The notes: a model not told the origin generated them from the letters alone. Counted from the stretch's first letter, positions 47,391-59,116 are shown. The stretch is 64,000 nucleotides of DNA from Emiliania huxleyi CCMP1516 (GCF_000372725.1 NW_005201792.1:1181440-1245439); one strand, 5' to 3'. Translations and numbers: made by a program.

Positions 47391-48674
47391 GGCGCCGCCT
47401 TTCGCTTCTCGAATGATTTTACCTCGCTATGAATGACACGCAATCCACGCTCTTGCACCCCTTCCCTGTGACACGTGCCAGAACAAAAAAACTGCGGAGA
47501 ATACACTACCGACACACACACCCGCTACGATTCTATTGTGCCCCCCACACGCGATTCTCGTGCCGATTCTCGCGCAGCAGCAGCCTCTGTGCTTTGCTCG
47601 CCCCAGCCTCCTCCGCCCCCCGCATTCGCTCCCGACGCGCCGTAGCTTTGCGAGCCGGCGCGGACTCGCCATCTCCGCCACAGCCGGAGCGGCCGGCAGG
47701 CGCCCGCCTCGGCGTCGATCTCGTGACGATTTGGCGGCCACCGCGTCGTCCTGCGGCTGCCTGCCCTCCACCGCCGCCTCCGCCTCCGCCAAAGCGTTGG
47801 ACGCTGCTCGGCACGCCGTCGGCGGTGCGCCCACCGGCATCGGACAGCCGCCGACGGTGCATCCGCAGGGATACGCCCGCCAGGGCTGCGCACGTGCTCT
47901 GGCCGCTAAGAGATCGCATCTGTCTCTCGGCTGTCTTCGGAGGGCATCCTGCCGAACGCGTCCGGGACGGTGCCATGTTTTGCCCGCGCGACTGGGTCGT
48001 GCCGAAGCTCCCTCCTGCGCACGCTCCCACGCGAGGGTGGGCGTCTGACGCAGCGCGGCGAGTCAGCACAGGCACCGTCGCAATTTTGAGCAGTCACGCA
48101 GCTGGTGCCGGGAGCGTCGCCAGTCCGCAATCGAGTATACTGGCGGACCAGGATTGGCGTCCGCCGATCAAACCGTCGCAATTCATCCACCGCGGCGCAG
48201 AGATGATCCGAGCGTTTGTCAGTCCGTCTGAATAATTCCCAGCCGGCTGTGGATGCCTCGCCGCCGGCCTTGGCACCCACTTCAAACCCTCAGACACGCC
48301 CACCCTCACCCGCGCCTCGCTCAGGCCGCCGCCCAGCACGAGCGGCGGCCAGAAGAAGACGCGCCGCAGCGACGCGCCTCCGCCTTCGCCGCCGGAGCGG
48401 GCGACGCACACCGCGCGAGCCATCTCGAGGTAGGCGGCGCCGGGGAAGACGACGCGATCAGCAGCATGCTGCTACCTGCCGCCAGCTCTTGCCGCCGCGC
48501 CGGACGAGACCGAGGCGAGCGAACGCGCCTCGATCGGGTCGCCGAGCGATGTGCCCGTGTGGAGCGCCCACAGGCGATGGGCTGTCGCCGATAACAGCGG
48601 CGTGGCTCGGCGGCCTCCGCAGCTGCCCGAAGAAAAAGTCTCGTCCCGCTTCGCCTGTTGCGTGAATCGTGCGT

Positions 48675-48716
48675 CCCATCCCTCCCTTGGTTGTCTGTTT
48701 TCTTTCTTTCTTTCTT
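48675..48716 (+). mobile_element. 42-bp 3' stub of the (TTTC)n-tailed element, 12-bp TSD
   Basis: TSD TGAATCGTGCGT at 48663-48674 and 48717-48728. Confidence 0.8.
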
Positions 48717-49494
48717 TGAATCGTGCGTGTGCGAGAATGGTGCTTTTAGCTGGGAGGAAAAAAAAGAACAGCCGAGCTATACGCCAGCCTCTCGTCGGCG
48801 AATCGATGCGAGTTTGTCGGCTGCTGTGAACATACACAGTGCGCACCCCGCCCCGCTCACAGGGCGTGCATCACACAGGCGTGGACTGTGTGACTCCTCG
48901 GGTTTCTGGGACTCGACAGAGGTTGTGCTAGTCGCTACAGTCGGACGGCTCCGGCACGTCTGATACGCAGTTCGGGCTGTGCGTAGTGTCGTGCGCGGCT
49001 AAATTCTTTCGCCGCGCAGAATCCAGAGCCAGGAACGCGCCGCTTGCGGAGTCGGCGAATACGATGCGAGTTTTGCTGCATTGTTTCTTTTGGTGTACCT
49101 GTGTGCATACGTGTCGTCATCATCTGTCCCGCGTCCACCCATAACGCGCTGGTGTCCAGTCCGAGCCTGACTGTTCTTCACCTTTCTACCTATGTATGTT
49201 GGTAGGGAGGTGATGAGGAGTCAGTTAGCGCGGCGGGCGGTTAGACGTTACGGGAGGCTTCGGAGGTTGCAGCGGAGCGTGTCTCATTGCGTCCTACCGG
49301 AGCAATATGGAAGATACAAAGAGAGGGAGGAGCAACGAGCGCCCTGGCGGGTGAGCCAAACATACCGCGGGTGAGCCAAACATATCGCGGTGAGCCAAAC
49401 ATCGTATCGCGCGCTTGCCTCCGCGTCGGCGAGGATGCGAGTTTGTCGCGGTTGCTGTGAACATAAACATTCTTCCGTGTCGTATTCAGCGCTG

Positions 49495-50302
49495 ACTTGT
49501 GTGAACTCGCATCGTATTCGCGGGCTGGATACTCGCATCGTATTCGCGGAGTCTCCGCTATGTAATAGGGTACTCGCATCGTAACAAGTAGGGAGGGTGG
49601 TAGGATTCCTACATACATACAACTCAGGAGGCATTGATCCCTACTCGAGTACCGCACCAGGGTGTCTTTTTACCCCTTTGAACAAAAGATTAAACCCCCA
49701 CAGACACAACCAAGCTATCTCCAAAAACAGACAGTCGACACACGGGTCCACTGTCCATGCCGTGTGCTCATGCCGTGCGCCGCCGCAGCAGCCTGGGTGA
49801 GAAGAGGGTGAAGACGATGGCCCGGAATGTCCACGAGGCAGGCGACCAGCGTGTACATGATTGAGAGTAAGGCGAACGCGGCGGCCCGTTCGACGAAGAC
49901 GATGAGCGTGTAAATGACGGAGAAGATGCTCACCCGCGAGTCCTCGTCGGCGGGCGGCGGAGAGGCGTCGCGAGAGAAGAGGCTGGCGATGGTCTCGTTG
50001 ACGGGCGTGCCGCCAACGAAGATGTCCATATCGGAGTTGTCGGGGACGGGAGACGCGAGAACGGCGCCTCCTCGTCCTGGTGCTCGAACGCCATCGGTAC
50101 TGGTCGACCCAGATCCCGGCGGGAGCGAGTCGTCGTTGGCAGCGTAGATGCCACACGGGATGGTTCTCTCGAGCTTGACCGCCTCGGAGGGCAAGGTGCC
50201 GCACGTAGGCCGTTGACACTCGAGTTGACTCTGCTGACGTTGCGCTGCCCTGTCGAAGTGCGCTGTTAAGCAACACCCGTGGTGTGACGGCCCCCAGACA
50301 GG
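49495..50302 (-). pseudogene. Internally deleted copy of the 41451-46399 region
   Basis: 49495-49796 matches 41451-41749 and is joined directly to 49797-50302, which matches 45881-46399. Confidence 0.9.
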
Positions 50303-50899
50303 CCTGCTCAGTCAGGAGTTGGCGAGTGTGTGGGAGATTCACGCCCGTCGCTCAACGTCTGTTTAAAGACTGTTCGCGGAGCAAGCTCACGGTCGAGCGG
50401 GCTTGACGCGCGCTTCAGGATAGCAAGAAGCGTGCCCACTCCCCTGGGGAGCGTGCGGACACGCCTGGGAATCGTTGTGGAGCGACCATGGACTGGGATG
50501 ACAGCCGGCGAAGCGCTGCGCCAAATCCATGGCTCCGAAAGACGTCCGCCCTCGACGTGCTGGAAGCTTCACGGCGGAGGCTGTGAAGTCGCATCGAGCT
50601 CAACCTGAGCGCACGCACGCACCGTGCTGGGGAGGAGTTGGCCTGCGAGCGGCGAGCGCTCCCGAGCGCGCGGCGCCCCGTTCTGGCCATCTTGCGCTTT
50701 ACCACCACAAAATCGCCTCCATTTTGCGCGCCTCCGGGGGCAGGTCTAGCCGGGCCCGATTGATGATACTTTTGATGGTTGCGCGCCGGATCTCGACTCC
50801 ACCGTGCTACGGTGCGTCCCAAAGCAAAACTTGTAAAAGGGGCCAGATTGGCCGATTTATAACGACGAGACAGCGTCTGAACGCTATTTTGCGGCGACA

Positions 50900-51264
50900 C
50901 CGATACAAAGAGAGAGAGCGCTTGGCTCTATCAAAGCGGCGACTGGTACACCTTCTACTGGGATGGCAGCACGGCCGAGAAGGTCGCACGGCGCGCTGTC
51001 TTCCCGACGCTCGAGCACGACGACCACGACCCCGGCCCCCTCGCAGAGCGCATCAGGCGCGACAAGCGCGAGCGGTCCGTCCGCTCCTCCGACGACTCCT
51101 CCTCCGACCAAGACTCATGCGGCACCGGCTCTACTAGCGAGGCGAATGACATATTCGACACCCTCGACGACCATCTCGGCTACGGTTCCGACTCCGGCTC
51201 CGGCTGGTAGTCGACAAGCTGCCGAGCCCAAATCACTGTGTGTGACACATTTCTTGTTGGCTTC

Positions 51265-51298
<34 letters not shown>
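50900..51298 (+). mobile_element. Degenerate retroelement 3' region ending in (TC)n
   Basis: Acidic ORF remnant ending ...YGSDSGSGW*, then TTCTTGTTGGCTTCTAAA(TC)n, similar to the reverse copy at 6663-6695. Confidence 0.45.
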
Positions 51299-51300
<2 letters not shown>

Positions 51301-52053
51301 ATACGCGGTTGAGGGCCCACGGTTGTGGCTAGTGGAGGGTGCTGTACAATCCGAGGGCGTTCCCATGGCCTCACGGGCCCGGGCGACGATCGTGGCCAGA
51401 AAAATCAAAAAGATCCGTGGGGGCGAGATTTTTACTTGTGTAGCTCGATTTTGACCCAGAACAAACACAGAACGGCCCCAAATCGGCCTGGAACCGACCC
51501 GTGGGCCCGTCTGCCGCACCCAGCTCCGCCGGGAGGGCGCGCGCCGTTCCCCGCGGGTCGGGCGGGCCACGCAGACACAGCGGGAGAGCTTCCCGTGCCC
51601 TGTGAGTGCCGTCACACCGCCTCAAATAGGTCCCAAAGTGGGGGGTGTTTGCCTCAAGTGATATGGCATATGGAATGGCTCTATGATGAGAGCTCGAGGG
51701 CTCGAGCTACAAGAGGGAAGATAGGCTAGAGCGGGAAGCTTCGTCCTTCGACCGCGGGAGTCCTTTTTTTGAGTCCTGAGAGGATGGTTGAAAATTTTTG
51801 CTGAAAAGACCCCCAGGCCACACCAGCTCCGTTTCACAGCAACAACTCGCATCGGCTCGCCGACTCAGACTCGCAAGCGCGGTGATGCGAAACACGTGCT
51901 TCGCGCCTCGCGGCCTCCGAGCCGGCCCCTCCTCTCCTGTAGGCACGCAGCAGGCGAGCGCGGCAGAGCAATATGGCGGTCTTCTACGTCGTGCGGCCCC
52001 CCGGCCCCGCCGAGAGTCAGTGTAGCGTCATGTCCGTGGGCGTCCTTGGGCCT

Positions 52054-53550
52054 TCAAGCCGAAGCAACAGGTGTTCCGCTCGCGGGTTTGGCTGGCGCCG
52101 CTGGCTTGGACAGGTCGTGCACGCCAAAGACCGAGTTGAGCTGCTGCGTGACGCGGATGAAGGTGGTTCGCCGCGGCATCTCCTTGATGGTGGCGGCCCC
52201 TAGGGCGGGAGGGCGGGGGGACGGGGGGGGGGGGGCTGCGGGCTCGGGAGGCTGGGCGGTGCCGTGGGGACGGGCGGGGGCCACTCGCCGATGTACGTGC
52301 ACGCGGATCGGAGGCCGCCGAACAGGTCGAGGATGACAGCGTCGACCGGCCCGCGGTAGGCGACCTCGACCGTCTTGCCCTCGCTCGAGCGGTACTCGGC
52401 GACGCCGCCGGAGTGCTTCGCCATCGCCGTCGAGCTGGACATGCCGTAGAACTGCTTGTACTGCTTGCCCCCCCGCTCGACCAGCGTGCCGTGCGACTCG
52501 TCCGTGCCCGCGAACATGCCCCCCATCATGACAAAGTCGGCGCCGCCGCCAAACGCCTTGGCCGCGTCGCCCGGGTTCGTGATCCCTCCGTCGGCGACGA
52601 TGTGCCCGCCGAGGCCGTGAGCGGCGTCCGCGCACTCCACGACCGCCGAGAGCTGCGGGTAGCCCACGCCGGTCTGCCTAGGGTTAGGGTTAGGGTTAGG
52701 GTTAGGGTTAGGGTTAGGAGAGCTGCGGGTAGCCCACGCCGGTCTGCCGGCGCGTCGTGCAGACGGAGCCCGGCCCGATGCCGACCTTGACGACGTCCGC
52801 CCCGTGCATGATGAGCTCCTCCGTCATCTCATTGGTGACGACGTTGCCCGCGATGATCGTGCGCGACGGGTGCGCGGCTCGCACGCGCTGCACGCAGCTC
52901 ACAAACCCCTCGCTGTACCCGTTGGCCACGTCCAGGCAGATGGTCTGCACCGCCTGGAGGGAGGTGTGTCGTGGACGCGTCTGGGGCGTGGCGCTCGGGC
53001 GTGCCTTGTGGGCTGCGCTCTGGCCCGCCGGACACCGCTCGAGAATCTGGTCCAGCTTCTGCAGGTCCGCCGTCGAGACGCCAGAGGAGACCGCCACGTG
53101 CGCCGCCGCCTCGGGGTGGGCGGCCACAAAAGCGGCCCACTCCTCGACGCTGTAGTGCTTGTGCACCGCGACCATCGCGCCGTGCCGCGCCAGCGCCAGC
53201 GCCATGTCGAACGTGCCGACCGTGTCCATGTTGGCGACGATGAGCGGCACGCCCTCCCAGCTCCGCTTCGTGCTTGAAGGTGAAGCGGCGGCGCAGGTCG
53301 ACCTGAGACCGCGAGACCAGCGTCGAGCGCTTTGGGCGGAGCAGCACGTCCTGAGGCGAGGGTGGTTGGTGGTCAGCGTCGAGCACCTTGGGCGGAGCAG
53401 CAGGGTGGTTGGGAGAGGCGAGGTGCGAGGTGCCTTGTAGTCCAGCTTGACGTCCTCCTCTATCCGCATCGCGTGCGCAGCGACGCCGCCCAGCGAACTC
53501 GCCCCTGCCGCGCAAAGCAGCGGGCGGCGGAGACGGAGCACGGTCCGCAT
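52054..53550 (-). CDS. GMPR: GMP reductase; 4 introns; apparent frameshift at ~53269
   Basis: [84 protein letters not shown]...[39 protein letters not shown]. Confidence 0.92.
52679..52717 (+). repeat. Interstitial telomeric repeat (TTAGGG)n forming the 3' part of a predicted GMPR intron
   Basis: 39 nt of pure repeat between two 31-bp direct repeats. Confidence 0.95.
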
Positions 53551-55599
53551 CGGTGATGAACCGTCGGCGGGGCGGAGATGATGTCGCTGTGCGAGAGAGT
53601 GAAATCCGGCGCTTCTCCGCGTTTTCTTTTTGGAACGTTAGCAGCTGGTCGGACGTTGTTATAGACGCCGTCGCCAACTGTCATGTCGGTAGACGCTCTG
53701 CACCGCTCGCTGCTGGAGCGCGGTTGATCGCGGCGCCGACGCCGCGGCGGCGCCATCTCGCTCGCGCGGCGAGAGACGGCGCTGCATCGGCGCCAAAACA
53801 AACGGGAGGTCGCGGCGCGGCCGCGGCAGCAAAAACATCGACGTTCGCTTCTGCTTCTGCTTTTCGTCTTGTCGCAGTCGCACACGCGCGCGATCCGCGT
53901 CGCTCCGCGAGGACACGAAGGCCGGGGTTCGAACCGGACGTAACCGGCAGCACAAGAGCGCCGGTTGGAACGCCGGCCGATCGTGCCATGGAGTGATGCA
54001 GGTCTTGTACGCTCTGGAAAACCAGCTCATCATATATGACTGGTTTTGTCCGCGGGCGCGAGGGCACTGCGGAGGCGGGCGGCGGCGGCGGAGGCGGCTG
54101 CAGCAGCAAACCGGGCTGGCGGCGGCGCGCGGACGGTGGCGGCGGCGCGAGGACGGCGGCGGCGGCGCGGTGGCGCTGCTCCTCTGCTGCTGATGATGAC
54201 AATGATGCTGCTCCTGCTGCCCCTCCCGCCCGCCAGCTGCCCGCACGCTCGGTGTCATCTCTTCACCTTCACACTGGTCGAGTCATAGGTGCGAGGGGCG
54301 TGGACGGCGGAGCTGGATCACACACACACACACACCGGGGAGAGGTATTCAGTCGGGGGCAGTGAGGGTCCAGCTGGGTGGTGTGATTAATTATTTATTA
54401 GTAATTAGGATAATAACTATTAATTATTAATCATCGGGGGGCGGCGCGGCGCGGCGACGGGCGGCGCGAGGCGGCGGAGAGCGAGGCAGCGGGCGGCGCA
54501 GGGCGGGGCGGCGCGGCTGCGGGTGGGGTAATTACTTATTTGTTAATTAATTATTGATTAATATCATCGGGCGGTGGCGCGGCGCGGCGGCGGCGGGCGA
54601 CGCGGAGCGGGGCGGCGCGAACATCTGCTCTGATCAGGCCTCCGGGCTTTGAGGCGGGGCAATGGTCGCGCCGCCCTCGACTCAAGGGGCTGCCTTCCAC
54701 CCGTCTGCTCAGGCCGGGGGAGGGGGGGAGACCTCCTGTTCCTCGCGGAACGGGAACAGGCCCCTCCTTGCCCGGTCTGCGATGCAGGGCGGTGGTCGTG
54801 CCATCTTCGCTTCGTACGGACAACGACCCCGCCGCAACCGTCGCCGGCGCGCGACACGTTCCCGTAGGCCGGACTGTCCTCGTCGAGAGTGTGTGCCGTC
54901 AAGGCGGGATGCACTCAGGGACAGTGCCGACGGGACGCGGCTCGAGAGACGACTCCCGCGAAGGCACGGCTGGCATCCGTGGCGTGGGGCTCGTCTTCGA
55001 TAAGTCGGGCATGGCTCTCCCCGCAACTTTCTCGCTAACACGCGCGCACCGCCGAGCCTTCGGCGGGCGCACTGCGGCCGCACGTCTACCTCCGTCATAG
55101 TGCCACGACGTGCGGCCTAGAATTAGCACACGCGCTTCTGCTCGCATACACTCATACAATGAATTGACATCTCCCATGAGTGCGAGTTAGGGCTAGCAGT
55201 AGGCAGCTAGCCTGTGAGGAGAGCGTCCATAGACACCTCACATGACCCCACACACGGTCTCGTCCATGCCTTGCGGCTGGCGGCGAGATTGCTAGAGGTG
55301 GAGCAAGCCTGCTCTAGCCTCGCATGTTACTTCCTGTCGTCTGTTGTGTCGTTGTGCCCTTGTTTGTACTCTTGGCACTGTGCGTGCTGGGGGGGGCGAC
55401 AGGGAGGATGTGGCCTTGAGTTATGTGTACGCCAACTCAGGGTGTGTGGCAGCCAGCTGGCTGTGTGTCTTGTGAGCCTTTTGTGTCTGTGTGTCGCTCG
55501 TGCGTGCCGTCATCATCTGTCCAGCGTCCACCCATACCGCGTACCGTTGGTGTCCAGTCCGAGCCTGGCTGTTCTTCACCTTCCTACATACATACATCG

Positions 55600-56100
55600 G
55601 ACGTGCTGCAGAACAAGCTGACGCGGGCCGCCCAGTGGTACCTCGACGAGGTGACTTCGACCACCAAGAATTGGCTGGGGCTGCAGAAGCAGCGTATCTC
55701 GGTCGTCTTCACACGGCAATCGCAACCCCGCTCCCGACTCCCTGGGCGAGGACGGTGGCATTGGGTCGCACCCACTTCCACCCCCAGAAGGTCGAGCCCG
55801 CTCTCCCTGGTCGACGAGTCGCGCCCGCACCCGCGGCCTCTCTATCGTCCTCGGCTCGCCCCCCCCCCCACCGCCGGCTCCTCTTCAGGCTCGGGGAGGC
55901 GTGGCCCTCCCTGTCGAAGATCACGGTGGTCCGGCTGCCACTGCGACGGGCCTTCCCCCGGTGAGCTCGTACGTCCCAACTCCACTCGCAGAGGCCGCGT
56001 CAGCTCATCTCTCGCCTCCTCCGACAGCTGACCCCAAGCCCCCCCTGGGGCCCTCCGGCCTCGGCCTTCCGGCTCGCTGGCGGGCCCGTTATCGTATTGC
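55600..56100 (+). mobile_element. 3' remnant of a non-LTR element (CRE-like ORF C-terminus)
   Basis: ...TTKNWLGLQKQRISVVF resembles the QRIS.ALQ C-terminal motif of REL-endonuclease LINEs. The downstream part is repeated at 25515-25800. Confidence 0.45.
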
Positions 56101-56452
56101 GGCAACTCCCCTCCCCCTCTCCCCCAGCTCCTCCTCCCGGGTACTCCAACCTCTGGCGGGGCGGTTCCGGATCCCCCAGGGCGGAGAGGCAAAATCTGCA
56201 AGGGCGTCGGTGCCGTGCCATGGGTCGATGAGTACGTCACGGACTACGTGTGTGCGCTGTGTGGGTACCGTTTGTTTGTGGCCGAAGCCGATGGGCTACA
56301 CTAAGCCCCCGCCGGGAATGCTGGGCGCCGCCGGGGCTCCTCCTGCGATGTCGCCAGCGATGGAGCGGTGAGGGAAGAGCTGTGGCCTCCGCGCATAAAT
56401 TCATGCGACTCTCTTTTTTTTCTGTAACGACGCTGGCTTTGCGCGAACCGCC

Positions 56453-57655
56453 CGTAGCGGAGTGGGCCCCGAGTTTGAAAAGGGCGACGGACGCTTGCGT
56501 CCTAGCCTCCAACAACGCCTCCCCGGCGCAGAGGGGCCCCCGGAGGGATGCTCAACCGCTCCACGCCACGCCGCTTGCGGCGGTCCTATCCCCAGCTCCG
56601 CTGAGGGCCGGTTCGTTATTTTGACCGCGCAAGATATGAAGGGTGGCTAAGGGCTCTGCTCGCAAGGCGCCCGCGTCGCAGACGCGGTACCATTGACAAA
56701 TCTGCAATATACCCCCACACGAGCAAATAGCAAAATCCGAATACCGTGCACGAACTGCGTGATCTGGGCCGGGCAAGCCTTCAGCTGGTGCCAAGACATG
56801 GTAAAATTGAAGCCGCGACGTCCGCCAAATCCGTGCTTTCGGAGCAACTGAGGGAAAGCCGCTGATCGAGCCCAGCGTGCCCGCGGCCGCCTCCCGCGCA
56901 GCACCGCCGCTGGGGACGACACGCTGCGGAATCGGATCGAGCCCATGCACCGGGCAAAGAAGGACGCTGCAGAAGCGGTTGGAGAGGCAGCCGGCGTCTG
57001 CCGTCACAACGAGTCCCAGCGCTGGTTGGACATGCGCGTCGGCTCGCCCGAGGACTGCTATCGCGACCCTCCCGTCGTGCCGCAGCCTCCGACGAGCTCT
57101 GCAACCGAGGAGAGTGAGGGTGCGCCTCCCCTCACTGCTGGCCTGGCTGCGCACCGCCCCACAAAGCACCCCCTCGAGCATCTCTACAAGTACAAGTAGA
57201 AGGGCGACCTTCTCCAAGTCGTCAACGCGCCCGGCGGCTCCGGCAAGACTTTAGCCTTGGCCACCCTCCTTGCGGAGCAGGAGGAGATCCGCTCTCGGTC
57301 GGCAACGTGGCAGCTAGTCGAGGGACTCGGTAGTTGTGACCCCCCTGAGTGAGGACAGGGAGAGAGAGAGCTTTTGTGGTGCTGGTGTACGCAATAACGG
57401 GACAGGGTAGTCGTTCTCTCTAGCTCCCCTTCTAGCTCTTAGCATGAGCTGTGCCCTGTGTCCGACCCCTTTTGCGCAGCAACACCTTAAACTTTTAGGC
57501 CCTCCAAATTCGGGTCGGAGCGTAGCGGAGTGGGCCCCGAGTTTGAAAAGGGCGACGGACGCTTGCGTCCTAGCCTCCAACAACGCCTCCCCGGCGCAGA
57601 GGGGCCCCCGGAGGGATGCACAACCGCTCCACGCCACGCCGCTTGCGGCGGTCCT
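56453..57655 (+). repeat. 135-bp direct repeats (56453-56587, 57521-57655)
   Basis: Nearly identical by eye (1 mismatch). Confidence 0.9.
56945..57320 (+). pseudogene. Helitron RepHel remnant
   Basis: NESQRWLDMRVGSPEDCYR (resembles Helitron EI..YLD.RYVS..EA.WR) then, after a stop, LQVVNAPGGSGKTLALATLLA (Pif1-type Walker A). Confidence 0.55.
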
Positions 57656-57658
57656 CTT

Positions 57659-57747
57659 GAAGAAAGAAAGAAAACAGAGAAGCCAAGGGAGGGATGGGAG
57701 GACGGCACGCCGCCACCACACAGGGATTTTAAGGAGAGGTGTGTGAT
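57659..57747 (-). mobile_element. 89-bp stub of the (TTTC)n-tailed element, 11-bp TSD
   Basis: TSD GCGGTCCTCTT at 57648-57658 and 57748-57758. Reverse complement of ~11519-11612. Confidence 0.85.
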
Positions 57748-57840
57748 GCGGTCCTCTTCCCAGCTCCGTCTTTATTTTTTCTCTGTAACGGCGCCGGTGC
57801 GAACCGCCCGCAGCCGCCGAGAGCGCGCTTTCGCGTCTCC

Positions 57841-59116
57841 ATGGACCGTGGCGTCCGGCTGCTGAGACCGTCGGCAGCGTCCGCCGTCGCCGGCTTCGCG
57901 GCCGGCGCGCTCGCTGGCGCGGCTGTGCTTGCGCTCTGGCTGCGCCGGCTGCGCCGCAACCTGCCGCTCTTGCTCGAGCGGGCGAGGCACGAGCGGCTGC
58001 CTCCACTGGTCGTCCTCGTGCGGCACGGCGAGTCGCAGGGCAACGCAGACCACACGCTGTACCGCACCAAGCCGGACAACCTGATCGAGGTGACTGAGCT
58101 GGGCACCGAGCAGGCCGAGGCGGCCGGCCGTCGCATTCGCGGCATCGTCGGCAGCCGCCGCGCCCACCTCTTTGTGAGCCCTTTCCAGCGCACGCTCCAG
58201 ACGGCGCGTTCGATTGAGCGCGCCTTTGATGCCGGCCAGATCGTGCGCACCTCCATCGACCCTCGGATCCGCGAGCAGGAGTTTGGCAACCTGCAGGAGC
58301 CAGGACCGCATCGGCGCGACCACGCGCTGCTGCGGCAGGAGCAGCAGATCGTCGGCCGCTTCTGGTCCGTCTTCGCCCCTCACACAGGGCGAAACCTGTC
58401 CACGGCGCCTCTGCACGCGCCGTGCGCCCTGAGCAGGTACCGCTTCCCGACCGGCGAGAGCGGCGCTGACGTGTACGACCGCGTCCGCACGTGGTGGGAG
58501 TCCGCGGTGCTGCGCGTCAACCAGCTGCCCTCCTCCGACACGGGCTGCGAGGCGGTGGTCGTGGTGACGCACGGCCTGACCATGCGGCTCATCCTGATGC
58601 AGCTCTACGGCTGGTCGCCAAAGACGTTCCACACGGCAACTCCCGCCCCTCCCCGACGCCTCCCGACCACCCGCTGCAGCGCATTCTTCACGCCCCTGCC
58701 AGCACGTACACGCCGCCTGCCTCCACCCCCGACGACCCCAGGTGTGGAACGCGGGCAACTGCGACGTGTACGTGCTGCGCCGCCTCTCCTCCGCGGCGAT
58801 GCGAGACCCGCACTCGCCCGGCCTGCGCGGGACGAGCTCGCCGTACGCCCTCGATGCCGACGTCGGCGACTCGCCGTGCTCGTCGATCGAGCTCGTGGTC
58901 GAGCTCAAGGGGGACGGCGCCAACCGCGCGCACACCTCCTCGCGCGGCAGGACGCACAGGCGCACCCTCACGCTGGAGAACTATCTTTCGGTGCCGCCGC
59001 CGCGGACGCTGCAGACGGAGGTCGTGCGCGGCATGATTGCGCAGCAGCACGGTCTGCCCGTCGACGACATAGTCAGCATCGACTTCGAGGCGGGGAGGGT
59101 GAGCAAGTTTCGATGA
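57841..59116 (+). CDS. Histidine phosphatase (phosphoglycerate mutase-like, Det1-type); 2 introns
   Basis: VVLVRHGESQGN, FVSPFQRTLQT, DPRIREQEFGNLQ, YRFPTGESGADVYDRV, VVVTHGLTMRLILM. Confidence 0.9.

Noticed and set aside
7822..53550. Purine/queuosine gene cluster (QueH, GMPR, PQ-loop, AAC)
   Set aside because: The genes are tens of kb apart among unrelated housekeeping genes, with no evidence of clustering.
53681..54258. Small minus-strand gene upstream of GMPR
   Set aside because: Low-complexity ORFs with no recognisable domain or consistent exon model.
19826..55598. Third repeat family GGTGTCCAGTCCGAGCCTG...(CCTA/CATA)n at ~19828, ~49151 and ~55549
   Set aside because: The repeat is real, but I could not find TSDs or boundaries, so no element call is made.
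58365..58450. Phosphatase intron start (GTCCGTCTTC) resembling the next exon (GTACCGCTTC)
   Set aside because: Too short and gapped to distinguish from chance.
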